A stretch of DNA of 64,000 nucleotides from Candidatus Marinacidobacterales bacterium (lineage in GTDB: Bacteria > Acidobacteriota > Vicinamibacteria > Marinacidobacterales > SMYC01), in NCBI GenBank assembly GCA_965237955.1, contig OZ250169.1:3328001-3392000 (forward strand). The letters are read 5' to 3'. The notes under the pieces were generated by a model. The model was not told where the DNA came from and did not search any database. It saw nothing but the letters and a program-made list of their open reading frames with translations. The stretch's first letter is position 1. Each line of letters opens with the position of its first letter. Positions 32,003-42,405 of the stretch are shown here, one piece after another. A program made the translations under genes and the position numbers.

Positions 32003-33199
32003 CTAGGCGGGCTTGCTCCACCACCATCTCGGCGCACGCCGCGCGCCGCCGGCCAAGAGCGTATCCAGCAAGAGCATGGGTCGTCTCAGAAACGACCCCA
32101 TGAGTCGGAAGCGGATCTTGTTCACCCAACGCGGGTAGCCCCGGTTGTAAGGACAGACTCTCAAGCAAATGGAACAATCGGTGACTTGCTTCACCCAAAA
32201 GCTGAAGCATTTTTCGGCGTCGGTGGTCCACTTCTTGACGCCGCGGATGTTGGATCGGTTGTATATCCGCTTCGATGGGTCGTCCCAGGTAATCGCCTGA
32301 GGGGGACACTCCGCGCTGCAGCGTCGGCATGTGTTGCAGAACTCTTTTACACCGAACCTCTTCGGCCGGTCGTGACCGAGCGGCAGATCGGTAAACACCT
32401 TTCCGATTCGTAAGCGCGGTCCCAGCTCTTCGGTGATGAGCAGACCGTGGCGGCCGTATTCGCCGAGTCCCGCCTTGATCGCGTAAGGAATGCTAGCCGC
32501 AGTGTCGTTCATACTGGCGTAGGCCCGATACCCCAGGTTGCGGATGTATTGCGCGAGTGCCAGCAAAGTCACTGCGTCTTTAGAATAGCCGACCCCGGTC
32601 GCGGTCCCGCTGAGAGCCGAGGGGACGGTCTTGAGGAGGTCATGATCCATCTCATGCACCACCACGATGACCGAGGTCATCCCCTCCGGGAGATCCATGG
32701 GCGCCTCGCCCTCGGTGGCCCGGTTATATTTGTGGCTATAGACCCATCGTTCGTCGTAATAGGTGATACCTGTCAGATCGGCCCCCATTAGCTTGGCGAC
32801 CTTCTTGATCTCCCGACTCATCTCCTCCGGGTCGCGGATCTCGCGCTGCTCGCTCGCGCCCTCACGGTGTGCGGTCAGATAGTCGAGAAAACCCTCGCGT
32901 CGATCTTCGTGAAGAAGCCTCTCGGCGAAAAAGTCTGCGACGTGCCAACCTGCGTTACGGAGGGCGAAGTCCTTTTGGTGATAGCCATCGACGTGACGCC
33001 ATTCCTCCAAGGGGAGACGATAGGATTGATAGAACTTATCGGTGTCTTTCGACCGAATGGTGGAATCCCAGAAGGAACGGCTGAAGATGTCCTCTCTTTG
33101 ATTGAAGCGGCGGAAATCTTCGCTGATTTCGAACCGGGCGTCCTCGTCGGTGGCACAAGGGCGTCGGCACGTCGTGCATTTCGAGTGGTGTTTGCTCAT
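32003..33199 (-). CDS. Reductive dehalogenase (RdhA-like), no TAT leader
   Basis: IKKVAKLMGADLTGI, AIKAGLGEYGR.GLLIT.E.GPR.R, FCNTCRRCSAECP, W..D.EKC..FW, CSICLRVCPYN. Confidence 0.88.
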   Translation of the reverse strand: MSKHHSKCTTCRRPCATDEDARFEISEDFRRFNQREDIFSRSFWDSTIRSKDTDKFYQSYRLPLEEWRHVDGYHQKDFALRNAGWHVADFFAERLLHEDRREGFLDYLTAHREGASEQREIRDPEEMSREIKKVAKLMGADLTGITYYDERWVYSHKYNRATEGEAPMDLPEGMTSVIVVVHEMDHDLLKTVPSALSGTATGVGYSKDAVTLLALAQYIRNLGYRAYASMNDTAASIPYAIKAGLGEYGRHGLLITEELGPRLRIGKVFTDLPLGHDRPKRFGVKEFCNTCRRCSAECPPQAITWDDPSKRIYNRSNIRGVKKWTTDAEKCFSFWVKQVTDCSICLRVCPYNRGYPRWVNKIRFRLMGSFLRRPMLLLDTLLAGGARRAPRWWWSKPA

Positions 33200-33600
33200 C
33201 TCAGGAATCGACTCCCGTTTCGCGACGGTAGGTGCTTCCGCAATTAAGTGTTGGCGGCCAGACCGTAACCGGTCTGCGTGCTAGAGTTTGAACCAGAATT
33301 CTGAAGACACAGTTCTCTCATCGTCAGGGCCGAGCCGAAGTGAAGAATAGCAGATGTCTCAATCCCCGTCCTGTGCCAAAACTCGGCCCTTTTGAAACAG
33401 ACCATAAATCAGCAGCTTAGCGTCTGTGTTTGCGACCGGCCCAAGGGCCGTGGGCTTTACAATCGTCTAGCCCGAGGGTGTTATCTTCAGATCCATGATG
33501 ACGTACCCCGTCCTGTGCCAAAACTCGGCCTTTTTGAAATAGGCCATAAATCAGCAACTTAGTGTCTGTGTTTGCGACAGGGCCAAGGGCCGTCGGAACG

Positions 33601-34385
33601 TGTCAACGACATTGAGACACCCGCGTGTTGCATTTAGTGAGCCTCGATTGGTGTCGCCGGGCTCATGACGACGTCGCGGTCTACGTCCGCTTCGACCGCG
33701 AACGCGCCACAAGGAGTGGAAACAGGGGGTAGCTCAGGTATGGACCACCCCGAGCAAGTCGCTGTTTCAGCCTCCTGGTGCGTTGTTTTTTCCGGCGGAG
33801 GGTTGATCCAGGCCTGAGGGGGCACAACGGGAGGTTGAGGAGTTCCGCGAACGAATCGTTCGGGGTGAGCCCGCTGAGCTTGGACGAGGGTCTGGCGTCG
33901 AGCCGAGGTGAGTTTTTCCGCGCGCCCATGATGAACGACGGCTGGAGTCATGAGACCGATTCCCGAGTGCCGGTGTTCGTGGTTGTAGTAGCCGAAGAAG
34001 TTACGGCAGAACAGGCGAGCATCCTCGATGGAACCGAAACGCTGCGGGAACTGAGGGCAATACTTCAGCATCTTGAATTGAGACTCGGAATAGGGATTGT
34101 CGTTCGAGACATGAGGTCGCGAGTGAGTCTTGGTCACGCCGAGGTCGGCTAGGAGCAAGGCTACGGGCTTGCTTTGTATCGAGCTGCCGCGATCCGCGTG
34201 GAGGGTGAGCTCACCCGGTTCAATGTCCTGCTTGCGACAGCTCTCGGCGATGAGGCGGCGTGCGAGCTCGGAACTTTCGCGGTGAGCCAGCATCCAGCCC
34301 GTCACGTAGCGGGAGAAGATGTCGAGGATGACGTACAGGTAGTAGTAGGTCCACTTGACGGGGCCACGAAGCTTCGTGATGTCCC
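33601..34385 (-). mobile_element. IS3 family 3' remnant (IRR plus integrase core)
   Basis: DITKL, ILDIFSRY, HADRGS, SNDNPYSESQFK, YNHEHRHS; end TGTCAACGACATTGAGACAC. Confidence 0.85.
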
Positions 34386-35369
34386 TCACTCCATCGAGTA
34401 GGTGAGGCCCCACTGGCCCCGGATCCGGTCCGCGAGATGCATGAGAGCCAGGGACTCATCGAGGGGCATCACGGCGCTCTCTTTGTCGCCTGCCCGCAGG
34501 CAACGACCGACCTCGTCCGCCTCGTAGTTATAGCCGTTCCCCCGCAGGGGTAACTCGACCAGTTCCTGATTACGGCCACGGGTCACGGTGAGGCCGGCGC
34601 TCTTGAAGAAGGGGCTGTGGAGGCGAATCGAGCCGTCCGTACCGAAGAGTGTGGCCTCGACGGTGGTGCGGGTGCGTACAGCGCAGGAGAGCACGGCGAG
34701 TTCGCCTCCGGCATACTTGAGTAGCACCGCGGACTGCTCGTCGACGCCCGTTTCACCGAGCTGGGCGGTGGACACGACCTCCTGCGGTTTCGGGCCCAGG
34801 ACCATGCTCGCGAGGGACAGGACATAGATACCGACGTCGAGGAGGGCGCCTCCACCAAGGGCCTTGTTGAAGAGTCGTGACTCGGGATTCATGCTGGCAC
34901 GGAAGCCGAAGTCGGCCTGCACCATTCGCACGTCACCGATCGCGCCCTCGGCAATGAGTTCGCGCGCACGGACCACGGCGGGGATGTAGCGCGTCCACAT
35001 CGCTTCCATCAGGAACATTCCTTGCTTGCGGGCCACGCCGATGACCGTCTGAGCCTGCTCGGCGTTCATGGTGAAGGGCTTCTCGCACAGGACGGCCTTG
35101 CCCTGCTCGAGGAGCAAGATGCTGTTGTCCTTGTGGAAGGGATGAGGCGTCGACACGTAGACGGCATCAACGTCAGGATCGGCGGCGAGGGCCTCGTAAC
35201 TGGCGTGGCTCCGCGGGATGTCGAACTCGTCAGCGAATGCATCCGCGGTCTCGCCGCTGCGCGAGCCGACGGCGACCAGGGAGACGTCATGGGCGTCGGC
35301 GAGACCCTGAGCAAACTGATGGGCGATGTTGCCGGTGCCGAGAATGCCCCAGCGGATCGAGTCGGTCAT
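34386..35369 (-). CDS. Gfo/Idh/MocA family oxidoreductase
   Basis: RWGILGTG.IA, VLCEKP, MEAMWTR, GGGALLDVGIY; AAGGAG RBS before ATG 35369. Confidence 0.92.
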   Translation of the reverse strand: MTDSIRWGILGTGNIAHQFAQGLADAHDVSLVAVGSRSGETADAFADEFDIPRSHASYEALAADPDVDAVYVSTPHPFHKDNSILLLEQGKAVLCEKPFTMNAEQAQTVIGVARKQGMFLMEAMWTRYIPAVVRARELIAEGAIGDVRMVQADFGFRASMNPESRLFNKALGGGALLDVGIYVLSLASMVLGPKPQEVVSTAQLGETGVDEQSAVLLKYAGGELAVLSCAVRTRTTVEATLFGTDGSIRLHSPFFKSAGLTVTRGRNQELVELPLRGNGYNYEADEVGRCLRAGDKESAVMPLDESLALMHLADRIRGQWGLTYSME

Positions 35370-35556
35370 GTCTTCTCCTTTCAGCAGCTTAGACACCCTT
35401 GGAATCCGCGCAGAATCGAGGGTATTTCGTGCCGCAGGCCTGGCTTCCAAGAAAATCGTGAATCGAATGTCCCCGTGGCCGTATCCTAGCAATTGACGCG
35501 GCCACGCGGGTACATCTCACCAACACTTGATGGCGGAAACATCTCAAGGAGTAAGG

Positions 35557-38500
35557 TCAGGGCTCCGCCGGCGGCCAAGATTGGCCGGACGCGAGATCGG
35601 GGTGACGCAGTTCACGTGTTGGCCTGCCATGCTCAAGGCGCCACTCCTCGATCTCTCCTAGAAGCATGAGGGCGGATTTTCGACGCTTTGGATCCTGAAG
35701 GGTCATTCTGAACAGCCGCAAGCGCAGCTCGTTTGACGCGCGCGGGTGCTCAGTAAAGACATTGGGATTTTGCCCGTAGGGTCGTCGCTCGACGAAAGCG
35801 CTTTCGAGTTGCTCCCAGGTGCCTTGCGGAACCGGCGAGGGTTTGGCGTCGTCGATAAGGTTCAGACTCGCGGCAAGGGCTTCGGGCGTTCCGAGACAGC
35901 CCATGACACTCGAAAGGACGTGTCGATTGAGTTCCGGTAGGTCGCGTTCGCACAATTGCTGCAGCCGCGCGGCCACCTCCGGCTTACGCTGGGCCAGTTC
36001 TGTGATCCGGGCAACCAGCACGTCCTCGCGGTCAGGACGGCGCGTCAGCGCGATTCCGCGGACATCCGGGTCGACAAAACCCAAGAGCAGTTCGCATGCG
36101 CGCGGCGTATCGAGCGCGGCGACCGCGTTGATAAGACTTTCCTCGCATTGCTCGAACGTCTGCGCATCGGAGGCGAGCTCGTACAGAAGATCGATGGCGG
36201 CAGCCGAGCGGCTCTCGCTGAGAGCGGTGATAAGCTCGCACAGTTCGTATCCCCAGAACCGCCACTTTCGGAGCACATCACGAACCTTGGCGATCCCTGC
36301 TGCAGGGTCGTCAACGAAGGGGCAGAGCGCGAGGATGCGACGCAGAAGGTCTTTATCTGAATCCTGCATCCACCCCTCTGTCCGCTCAAGGATGGAATCA
36401 GCCAGAGCGAACGCGGTGGTCGCGGGCAAAACGCCACCAGCCATCAACAAGCGCTCGGCGGCGGCGAGACAGACGTATTGATCCCATTGGCCTGGCATGG
36501 CAATCACGTCGAGCACCGCTGCCGCAGAACCGCGGCCGTCAATGGCGGCAAGCGCATTTGCGAGCTCTTTCAGGCCGGCGGCTGATTTCCCGTCTTCATT
36601 CTGCTCTCGCAGGCGTTTGATTTCGGCTTTGAGTGCGGCGACGAACCGTGTGCGTCGCTGGTTGTTGCCGGATGGCGGCGTACGGTCTTCGCGCGCTGCC
36701 CACATCAAATCGTAGCGGAACGTCATGTCGAAGGAGCGCTCCGGCTTTGGCACGAAGTCTTGCGCCATCGCAGCCGCAGCGTCAGTGAGGTATTCCGGCT
36801 CGGGAAGTAGGTCAATGAGCACCTGCTCGGCGCCGGCGGGGTCTAGGTGCATGACGGCAGCGATGTGCCGGCGGGCTTGGTACATGCGACTGCCATTGCC
36901 GAGAGGCCCTCGATCGCCGACGGCGAGCGCCGCCTGGCCGCGGCGCATCCTCTCGATGTCCGCGCGGATGAGGGTCACCAGATCCGCTATATCTTCGGGT
37001 TCTCCGACCTGTGCGATCGATGAGGCCAGGTTGGCTTTCTCCGTACCGTTGAAGTCATCCTGGCGGAGCACAAGATCGACGCTGCCTATAAGGTACGCGC
37101 GGAGACGCGCCTTCAGGTCATCGTCGGCGATGAGCAGCGGTTCCACGTCCGACCTGGCGACTCTACTGAGAAGGCCCGCGGCGACTTTGATGTCGAGGGG
37201 GTCGCCGCCCGTGATGGACGAGAGGAGGCCGGCCGCGGTGACGTCGTCGGGAAGGCGGCGAAACACGGCCTCTAGCTGTCTTATCACCTGCCACTCGAAT
37301 TCGTGCTGGCCGGGCTCCGCATCCACCTTCCGCCACAACTCGCGCAGCTTCGCAAACACGCGCGCCGTAAGCCTTGTATCCGCGCGGGCAGCGATCACGG
37401 CAATCATGCCCTCAAAGCGCACGTTCTTGAGGTCTTCGGTCTCAACGCGTTGCAGGGATTTCTCGACGAGGTCGTCGGGAATGGCGGTCACGAACGGCAA
37501 CAAGTACTCGTCCGCGTAGAGGACGCCTTCGGAAATCTGGATTGCCACCCACTCGCTCGCCCACGCAGGATCGGTATTGCGTAGATGCTTGAGCGCCGGT
37601 TGAATGTAGTGCGGACCCAGGTTCCACATGTCGCCACTGGGCAGCGCTTCTATCGCATCCTTGATGACGCCGTCCAAGCCTGTCTCACCGAACTCGACCA
37701 AATTGAGCGCCGTTCGCAGGCGCGCGGGATGGTCTTTGCTGGTCTCGATGAATTTACGCATCGCGGCGACGGTCTTGGATCTGAGCGCCGTGGGCATTTG
37801 GTCGGCACTCTTGCGCGCAACATCCTCAAATGTCTGCACATCCATCGATTCGAGGACGCGGGTCAGCGTGTCGTCAGACCTAGTCCACATGAGACCCGAG
37901 ACCGCCGCCTTCTTCACCGTGATGCTGTCGTCCTCCATAGCGAAAGCCGCGACTTCGTCATCGATACAATGATGAAGCAATTCGGAGACAAAATCCGCTC
38001 GCACCTCGTCGCTCCAGCCGCGCACCTGCTCGCGCCAGTTCGGTCCAAGCAACGAGACCCGGATATCCGGCCACAGCCGGTACGTGCGAAGCCGCGTTTC
38101 TTGGTCTTTCCCCGAGAGAAGCGGCACGATGATGTCGCTGAAGTCGTCCACGCCGGTGGCGAGCATGGCGGCGAGGGCATACTGCCGATAGTTGCCGTCG
38201 CGGATTGCATAGACGGCGCGGAAGCGCTCACTGACGACGGCGCAAACTTCATTCCAGACGGTCGAGCCGCAAAGCTGCGCAAGCTCGCCGGCAAATACGA
38301 GATCGACGGCGAGCGCCATCTCCACCAACTTCCCTCCGACGCGGGTGCTTCGCTTGTCGACTCCCCCATCGCCGCTCTGCTCGGCAAACGTCTCGGCGAT
38401 CATGCGTAATGGTTCGGCCCATGCCGGATCGTCCACGTAGTCGGCTGTGAAGCGACCGGTCAAGTCGTGGTCATCGTCCCGCAGGTCGAGAAGCCGCGCG

Positions 38501-40062
38501 CGGATGTCGAGCGCAGCGAAGTATTCCTGAAGCTGCTGATGCTCGAATCGAAACCTTGTTTGCGGGTAGTCAACGAGCTCGAGAACGTGGTGCGCCGTGA
38601 GCGCCGCCAGGACCATCGGCCCTCCCACAGGATCGATTTGCCCACTGTTCGCAAGCACTCGTGCGACGGCAGCGACGATAGCGCGGGCATCAGCCTCGGG
38701 CAATGCCACCGCACCGCGGCGGGTCATCTCAGTTGCGAGGGCCTTCAAGTAGTCCGTTTGCCGGCCGAAGATCGGTGCAGCTTGTAGCGCGTTTCCGTGT
38801 TCGTACCGTTGTTCTTGCAGACGGCGAACCTGGGCTAGGACGCCGATTTTCGTGGAGGGAATTTCGGCACCCGCTTCAAACAGCGAAGCGACTTCCGAGA
38901 GAATGAACGGCGTGCGGGTCAGCTCGTCGAGGGACGGGTCGGCGTCGATGCGGGCGCGAAGCTCGGCGCCTTTCGCGCCAAGGCGGGCCTCAATGTAGGC
39001 TGCGCGCTGCGCGCGCCGAAGGTACAACAACCGCAGCCGCAATGCACCGGGCAACGGCGGCGTCAAGTGGTGCGTGCGGGTTGCGACGATGATGCCCGCG
39101 CTCGGAAAATCGCGTTCGAGCTCCCGGAGTGCGTCGTTTGCCTGCGCGGAATCCGACTCCGCAATTTCGTTCCAGCCGTTCAACAACAACAGAAACGGTT
39201 CCGTCTGCTGCACGCGTGCGAGGTCGGCGGCCGTGAGGCGTTCAGCTAGGAAAGCAGGCATCCCGGCAATGTATTCGAGAATCCCCCGGCGCGATGACGT
39301 CCACGCCGGAAGGTCGACCATGAAGGGTGTGCCGGCGGTGCGCGCGCGTTGTGCGAGCTGTATCAGCGTCGTCGTTTTTCCGCGGCCAGCGGGCCCTTCG
39401 AGAACGATGCGACGGCTCTGCGACAGTACCTGGTCGATCTGCTCAAGCGACAGCACGTCGGCAGACTCCGCGCCATCCGGATCAAGCCTCACCGCTGTAA
39501 GATCGACAAGCGGATGTCCCTTTGTCTTGCCAGCCCAGGTCCTCGTGACGGCGGCAGCCGCGCGCCGTGTTCTGTCAATGAGGTCTGCAACCTGCGGTTC
39601 GGAATCGATATCGATGTGGAGGAAGCTGGCACGGACCGAAGCGTTCTCCGGCATCATCATCAGAGTGATGATTTCCTCGCGCTCGATGATGTGAAGTTCG
39701 AGGCCGTGCTCTTTCTGAATTATCTCTTCCCACTGCTTTCGGTCGGCGTTGCCGACTTTGGCGGCCGTTACGAAGAGGAGCGTCCTTAATTCAGGAAAGT
39801 TCTTTTTAGCGGTCTTCGCGTCGGTAGAAATCTTCCTCAGCGTCGGCGTGATCGAGGCGGCGAGTCCCTTGCCGATTTTATCAGGCGTCAGGCTCGCGGG
39901 CGCATAGGCGTCGAGGCCGAGATCCTTCTTTCGCTGGCGGGCGATGAGTTCGGGCCAGCGCTTCTTGCCGAGTACTACCGCCAGACCCTGAAAACGCATT
40001 CCCTCCTCTTGAGAGGCGAGCTCGTCGAGAGCCCTTTCGATGTCGGTTCTCAGAATGGCCAT
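35557..40062 (-). CDS. STAND/NACHT-like NTPase with N-terminal restriction-endonuclease-like domain
   Basis: RFQ.L...KDLGLDAY, Walker A GPAGRGKTT, atypical Walker B LLLNGWNE, RTPFIL, FEHQQLQEYFAA, long helical C-terminus. Confidence 0.8.
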   Translation of the reverse strand: MAILRTDIERALDELASQEEGMRFQGLAVVLGKKRWPELIARQRKKDLGLDAYAPASLTPDKIGKGLAASITPTLRKISTDAKTAKKNFPELRTLLFVTAAKVGNADRKQWEEIIQKEHGLELHIIEREEIITLMMMPENASVRASFLHIDIDSEPQVADLIDRTRRAAAAVTRTWAGKTKGHPLVDLTAVRLDPDGAESADVLSLEQIDQVLSQSRRIVLEGPAGRGKTTTLIQLAQRARTAGTPFMVDLPAWTSSRRGILEYIAGMPAFLAERLTAADLARVQQTEPFLLLLNGWNEIAESDSAQANDALRELERDFPSAGIIVATRTHHLTPPLPGALRLRLLYLRRAQRAAYIEARLGAKGAELRARIDADPSLDELTRTPFILSEVASLFEAGAEIPSTKIGVLAQVRRLQEQRYEHGNALQAAPIFGRQTDYLKALATEMTRRGAVALPEADARAIVAAVARVLANSGQIDPVGGPMVLAALTAHHVLELVDYPQTRFRFEHQQLQEYFAALDIRARLLDLRDDDHDLTGRFTADYVDDPAWAEPLRMIAETFAEQSGDGGVDKRSTRVGGKLVEMALAVDLVFAGELAQLCGSTVWNEVCAVVSERFRAVYAIRDGNYRQYALAAMLATGVDDFSDIIVPLLSGKDQETRLRTYRLWPDIRVSLLGPNWREQVRGWSDEVRADFVSELLHHCIDDEVAAFAMEDDSITVKKAAVSGLMWTRSDDTLTRVLESMDVQTFEDVARKSADQMPTALRSKTVAAMRKFIETSKDHPARLRTALNLVEFGETGLDGVIKDAIEALPSGDMWNLGPHYIQPALKHLRNTDPAWASEWVAIQISEGVLYADEYLLPFVTAIPDDLVEKSLQRVETEDLKNVRFEGMIAVIAARADTRLTARVFAKLRELWRKVDAEPGQHEFEWQVIRQLEAVFRRLPDDVTAAGLLSSITGGDPLDIKVAAGLLSRVARSDVEPLLIADDDLKARLRAYLIGSVDLVLRQDDFNGTEKANLASSIAQVGEPEDIADLVTLIRADIERMRRGQAALAVGDRGPLGNGSRMYQARRHIAAVMHLDPAGAEQVLIDLLPEPEYLTDAAAAMAQDFVPKPERSFDMTFRYDLMWAAREDRTPPSGNNQRRTRFVAALKAEIKRLREQNEDGKSAAGLKELANALAAIDGRGSAAAVLDVIAMPGQWDQYVCLAAAERLLMAGGVLPATTAFALADSILERTEGWMQDSDKDLLRRILALCPFVDDPAAGIAKVRDVLRKWRFWGYELCELITALSESRSAAAIDLLYELASDAQTFEQCEESLINAVAALDTPRACELLLGFVDPDVRGIALTRRPDREDVLVARITELAQRKPEVAARLQQLCERDLPELNRHVLSSVMGCLGTPEALAASLNLIDDAKPSPVPQGTWEQLESAFVERRPYGQNPNVFTEHPRASNELRLRLFRMTLQDPKRRKSALMLLGEIEEWRLEHGRPTRELRHPDLASGQSWPPAEP

Positions 40063-40244
40063 TCGAATCCTGCGCTACAAGTCGGAGGCATCCGGGAAAA
40101 TATGCCACGGCTGGCTCGACCGTTCCAGCTGCCCGTATGGTGCAAATAGTACGTCGAGCTCGACGTCGGCCTGTGGAGGGTCGATGACCGGATCTGCGCG
40201 AAGCGAGGATTCGATGGGCCGCCAGCCGAGGTCAATGCCACGAC

Positions 40245-40687
40245 GGCCGTCGGAGGTCGGCCTGGGCTCCGGTTCTTGGTGCCATCGTACTTGGCTGCGA
40301 TGAGGTAGCGGTACCAGCGCAGAAGCGTAGCGGGTGTGGCAACCGACGCAATCTGGGCCAGTGCCTCGCGGCCCAGAGCCTGAGCCTTGACGGCGAGCCT
40401 GCGTCGGTCGTCGTCAGAGAGCCTGAGACGCTTGCCCCGAAGCCCGGCTCGGAGCACACGGTTTTCCTCTCGCAGGTAGTCGATCACATCCTGCTGCTGG
40501 CGGTTGACCCAGCCGGCCAGAACGAGCAGTAAGAATCGCACGTGGTACGTCATCATGGGTCTGAAGATAACACCCTCGGGTCAGACGATTGTAGAGCCCA
40601 CGGCCCTTGGCCCAGTCGCAAAACACAGACGCTAAGCTGCTGATTTATGGTCTATTAAAAGGGGCCGAGTTTTGGCACAGGACGGGG
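40245..40687 (-). mobile_element. L-type 57-bp end, promoter and truncated rve-type transposase
   Basis: End at 40632-40687; TATCTT -10-like box before ATG 40556; MMTYHVRFLLLVLAGWVNRQQQ... Confidence 0.8.
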
Positions 40688-40696
40688 TAGCGAACC

Positions 40697-40904
40697 CGTC
40701 CTGTCCAAAAACACAAACGAACTTAAGACTGGCGCGCCGGGACGTTTCGGATCAGAGACGTCTGAGGCTTGGTTGGCCAATGGAAGCTAGAATCCTCGGT
40801 CATGAGGAGGCAGAGCCAGCCCTGGACATGGTTGGTCGTCGCCATCGCTGGTTGGATCCAGCGTGACCAACAGGCCGCTATCGTTTGTGTTTTTGGACAC
40901 GACG
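40697..40904. mobile_element. 208-bp MITE with CGTC(C/G)TGTCCAAAAAC inverted ends
   Basis: Contains a transposase N-terminal scrap MRRQSQPWTWLVVAIAGWIQRDQQAAI. Confidence 0.75.
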
Positions 40905-40969
40905 AGATCGCCTACCGCTGGATCGACTTTTTGCGGAGCACACGTGGAGAGTTTGTTTGCCGTAAAGGA

Positions 40970-41318
40970 CTAGTAGGCTTCACCCCACTTGCCGGTAAAC
41001 GCGATCTCGTCTTGACGCCTGCGAGTCCGCGATGCAGGCATGTCTTCGGTGGAATAGCCGATCGCGAGCACCGCTACCGGATCGAATCCTTCGGGAATCC
41101 CGTACGTTTCGCGCGCTTTGACGACATCGAATCCCGCCATCTGATGAACGTGGAGGCTAAGCAACGTCGCTTGCACGATGAGCTGCGACACAGCGAGGCC
41201 GACATCGTGGTACCCGTGTCGGTTCGCTTTGTCGCCGCGCGTAAACCTGAGCTTCGCCGCCGATAGTATCAGGACCGGTGCGGTCTCGGCCCACTCCTGG
41301 TTGCCGGGAGCGAGACAC
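40970..41318 (-). pseudogene. Nitroreductase C-terminal part, truncated by IS5
   Basis: NQEWA..APVLI, HDVGLA, QAT.L.L.VHQMAGFD, AIGY, R.R. Confidence 0.85.
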
Positions 41319-42405
41319 TGCCTTGGTGCACAACTCGCGATCTCGGTCCACAATTGTCCTGTACTCGCGGATACGAGGTTCCCCATGAGCATTTTCAAAC
41401 GCACTCAGCGGAAGTATGTGAAGAAGGCCTATCGCGTGAGGAATTGGCGTGAATATGAGGCGGGTCTACGCAACCGCGGGAGCCTGACCGTCTGGATCTC
41501 GCTCACCGCCGGCAAGCTTGTGAACTGGGACGCGCCCCGGCCAAGGAGGAGGAAACCGGGCCGTCAACGCAAGTACTCGAACCACGCCATCGAGACGGCT
41601 GTCACCCTGGGCATGGTGTTTCATCTGTCATCTAGGCAGAGCGAGGGATTGCTGCGGTCGTTGTTCGCTCTGATGAAGCTAGACAATGATGTGCCCGATC
41701 ACACCACGATCTCGAGGCGCAAGGCGAAGCTGGGTAAGGTCCCCTTCTACCAAGACAAGCAGAAGACGCCGTTGCACATCTTGATCGACAGCAGCGGTCT
41801 CGCTGTCCACGCCGGCCAGCTGCGCAGAGCACCAAAGAGCAGGGACTATCGCAAGCTCCATCTGTGTGTCGACGAGCAGAGTGGCGAAGTCGTCGCCGGC
41901 GAGCTGACGAGCAAAAGAGCCCGCGATTCATCGCGGGTTGCATCGCTTGTCGGACAGATCGACAGTCCCATCTCATCGGCCAGAGCTGACACCGCATACG
42001 ACGCCAGCGGCGTCTATGAGGCGATCGAGAATCACAGCGCTCATCGCTCGCCGAGGGTGCTGATACCGCCGCGCAAGGGCGCCCAGCTCGCATCGGGGCC
42101 GGCGAGCAGCCGACAGCGCAATCGCAACATTGCAGCACAAGCTCGGCTCGGCAAACGAAAGTGGCACACAGAATCGGGCTACAGCAAACGGAGCAAAGTC
42201 GAGACAACGTTCCATCGCTACAAGGCTATCGTGGGCTCAGCGATGCGAGCGAGAGGGTTGGCGGCACAGAGAGTCGAGGCAAGGATCGGGTGCAAGATTC
42301 TCAACACCATGACGGCGCTCGGGATGCCTGATAGCGAGATGATCGGATGATGGGAGTCGGGGCCAAGCGAGCTCTCGGCCTCTATCGGAGTTGTGCACCA
42401 AGGCA
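41319..42405 (+). mobile_element. IS5 family copy 3; transposase 41385-42350
   Basis: Same IRs; RAPKSRD variant. Confidence 0.95.

Noticed and set aside
33281-33360. Possible IS terminus starting CTAGAGTTTGAACC
   Set aside because: No partner end or transposase fragment supports it.
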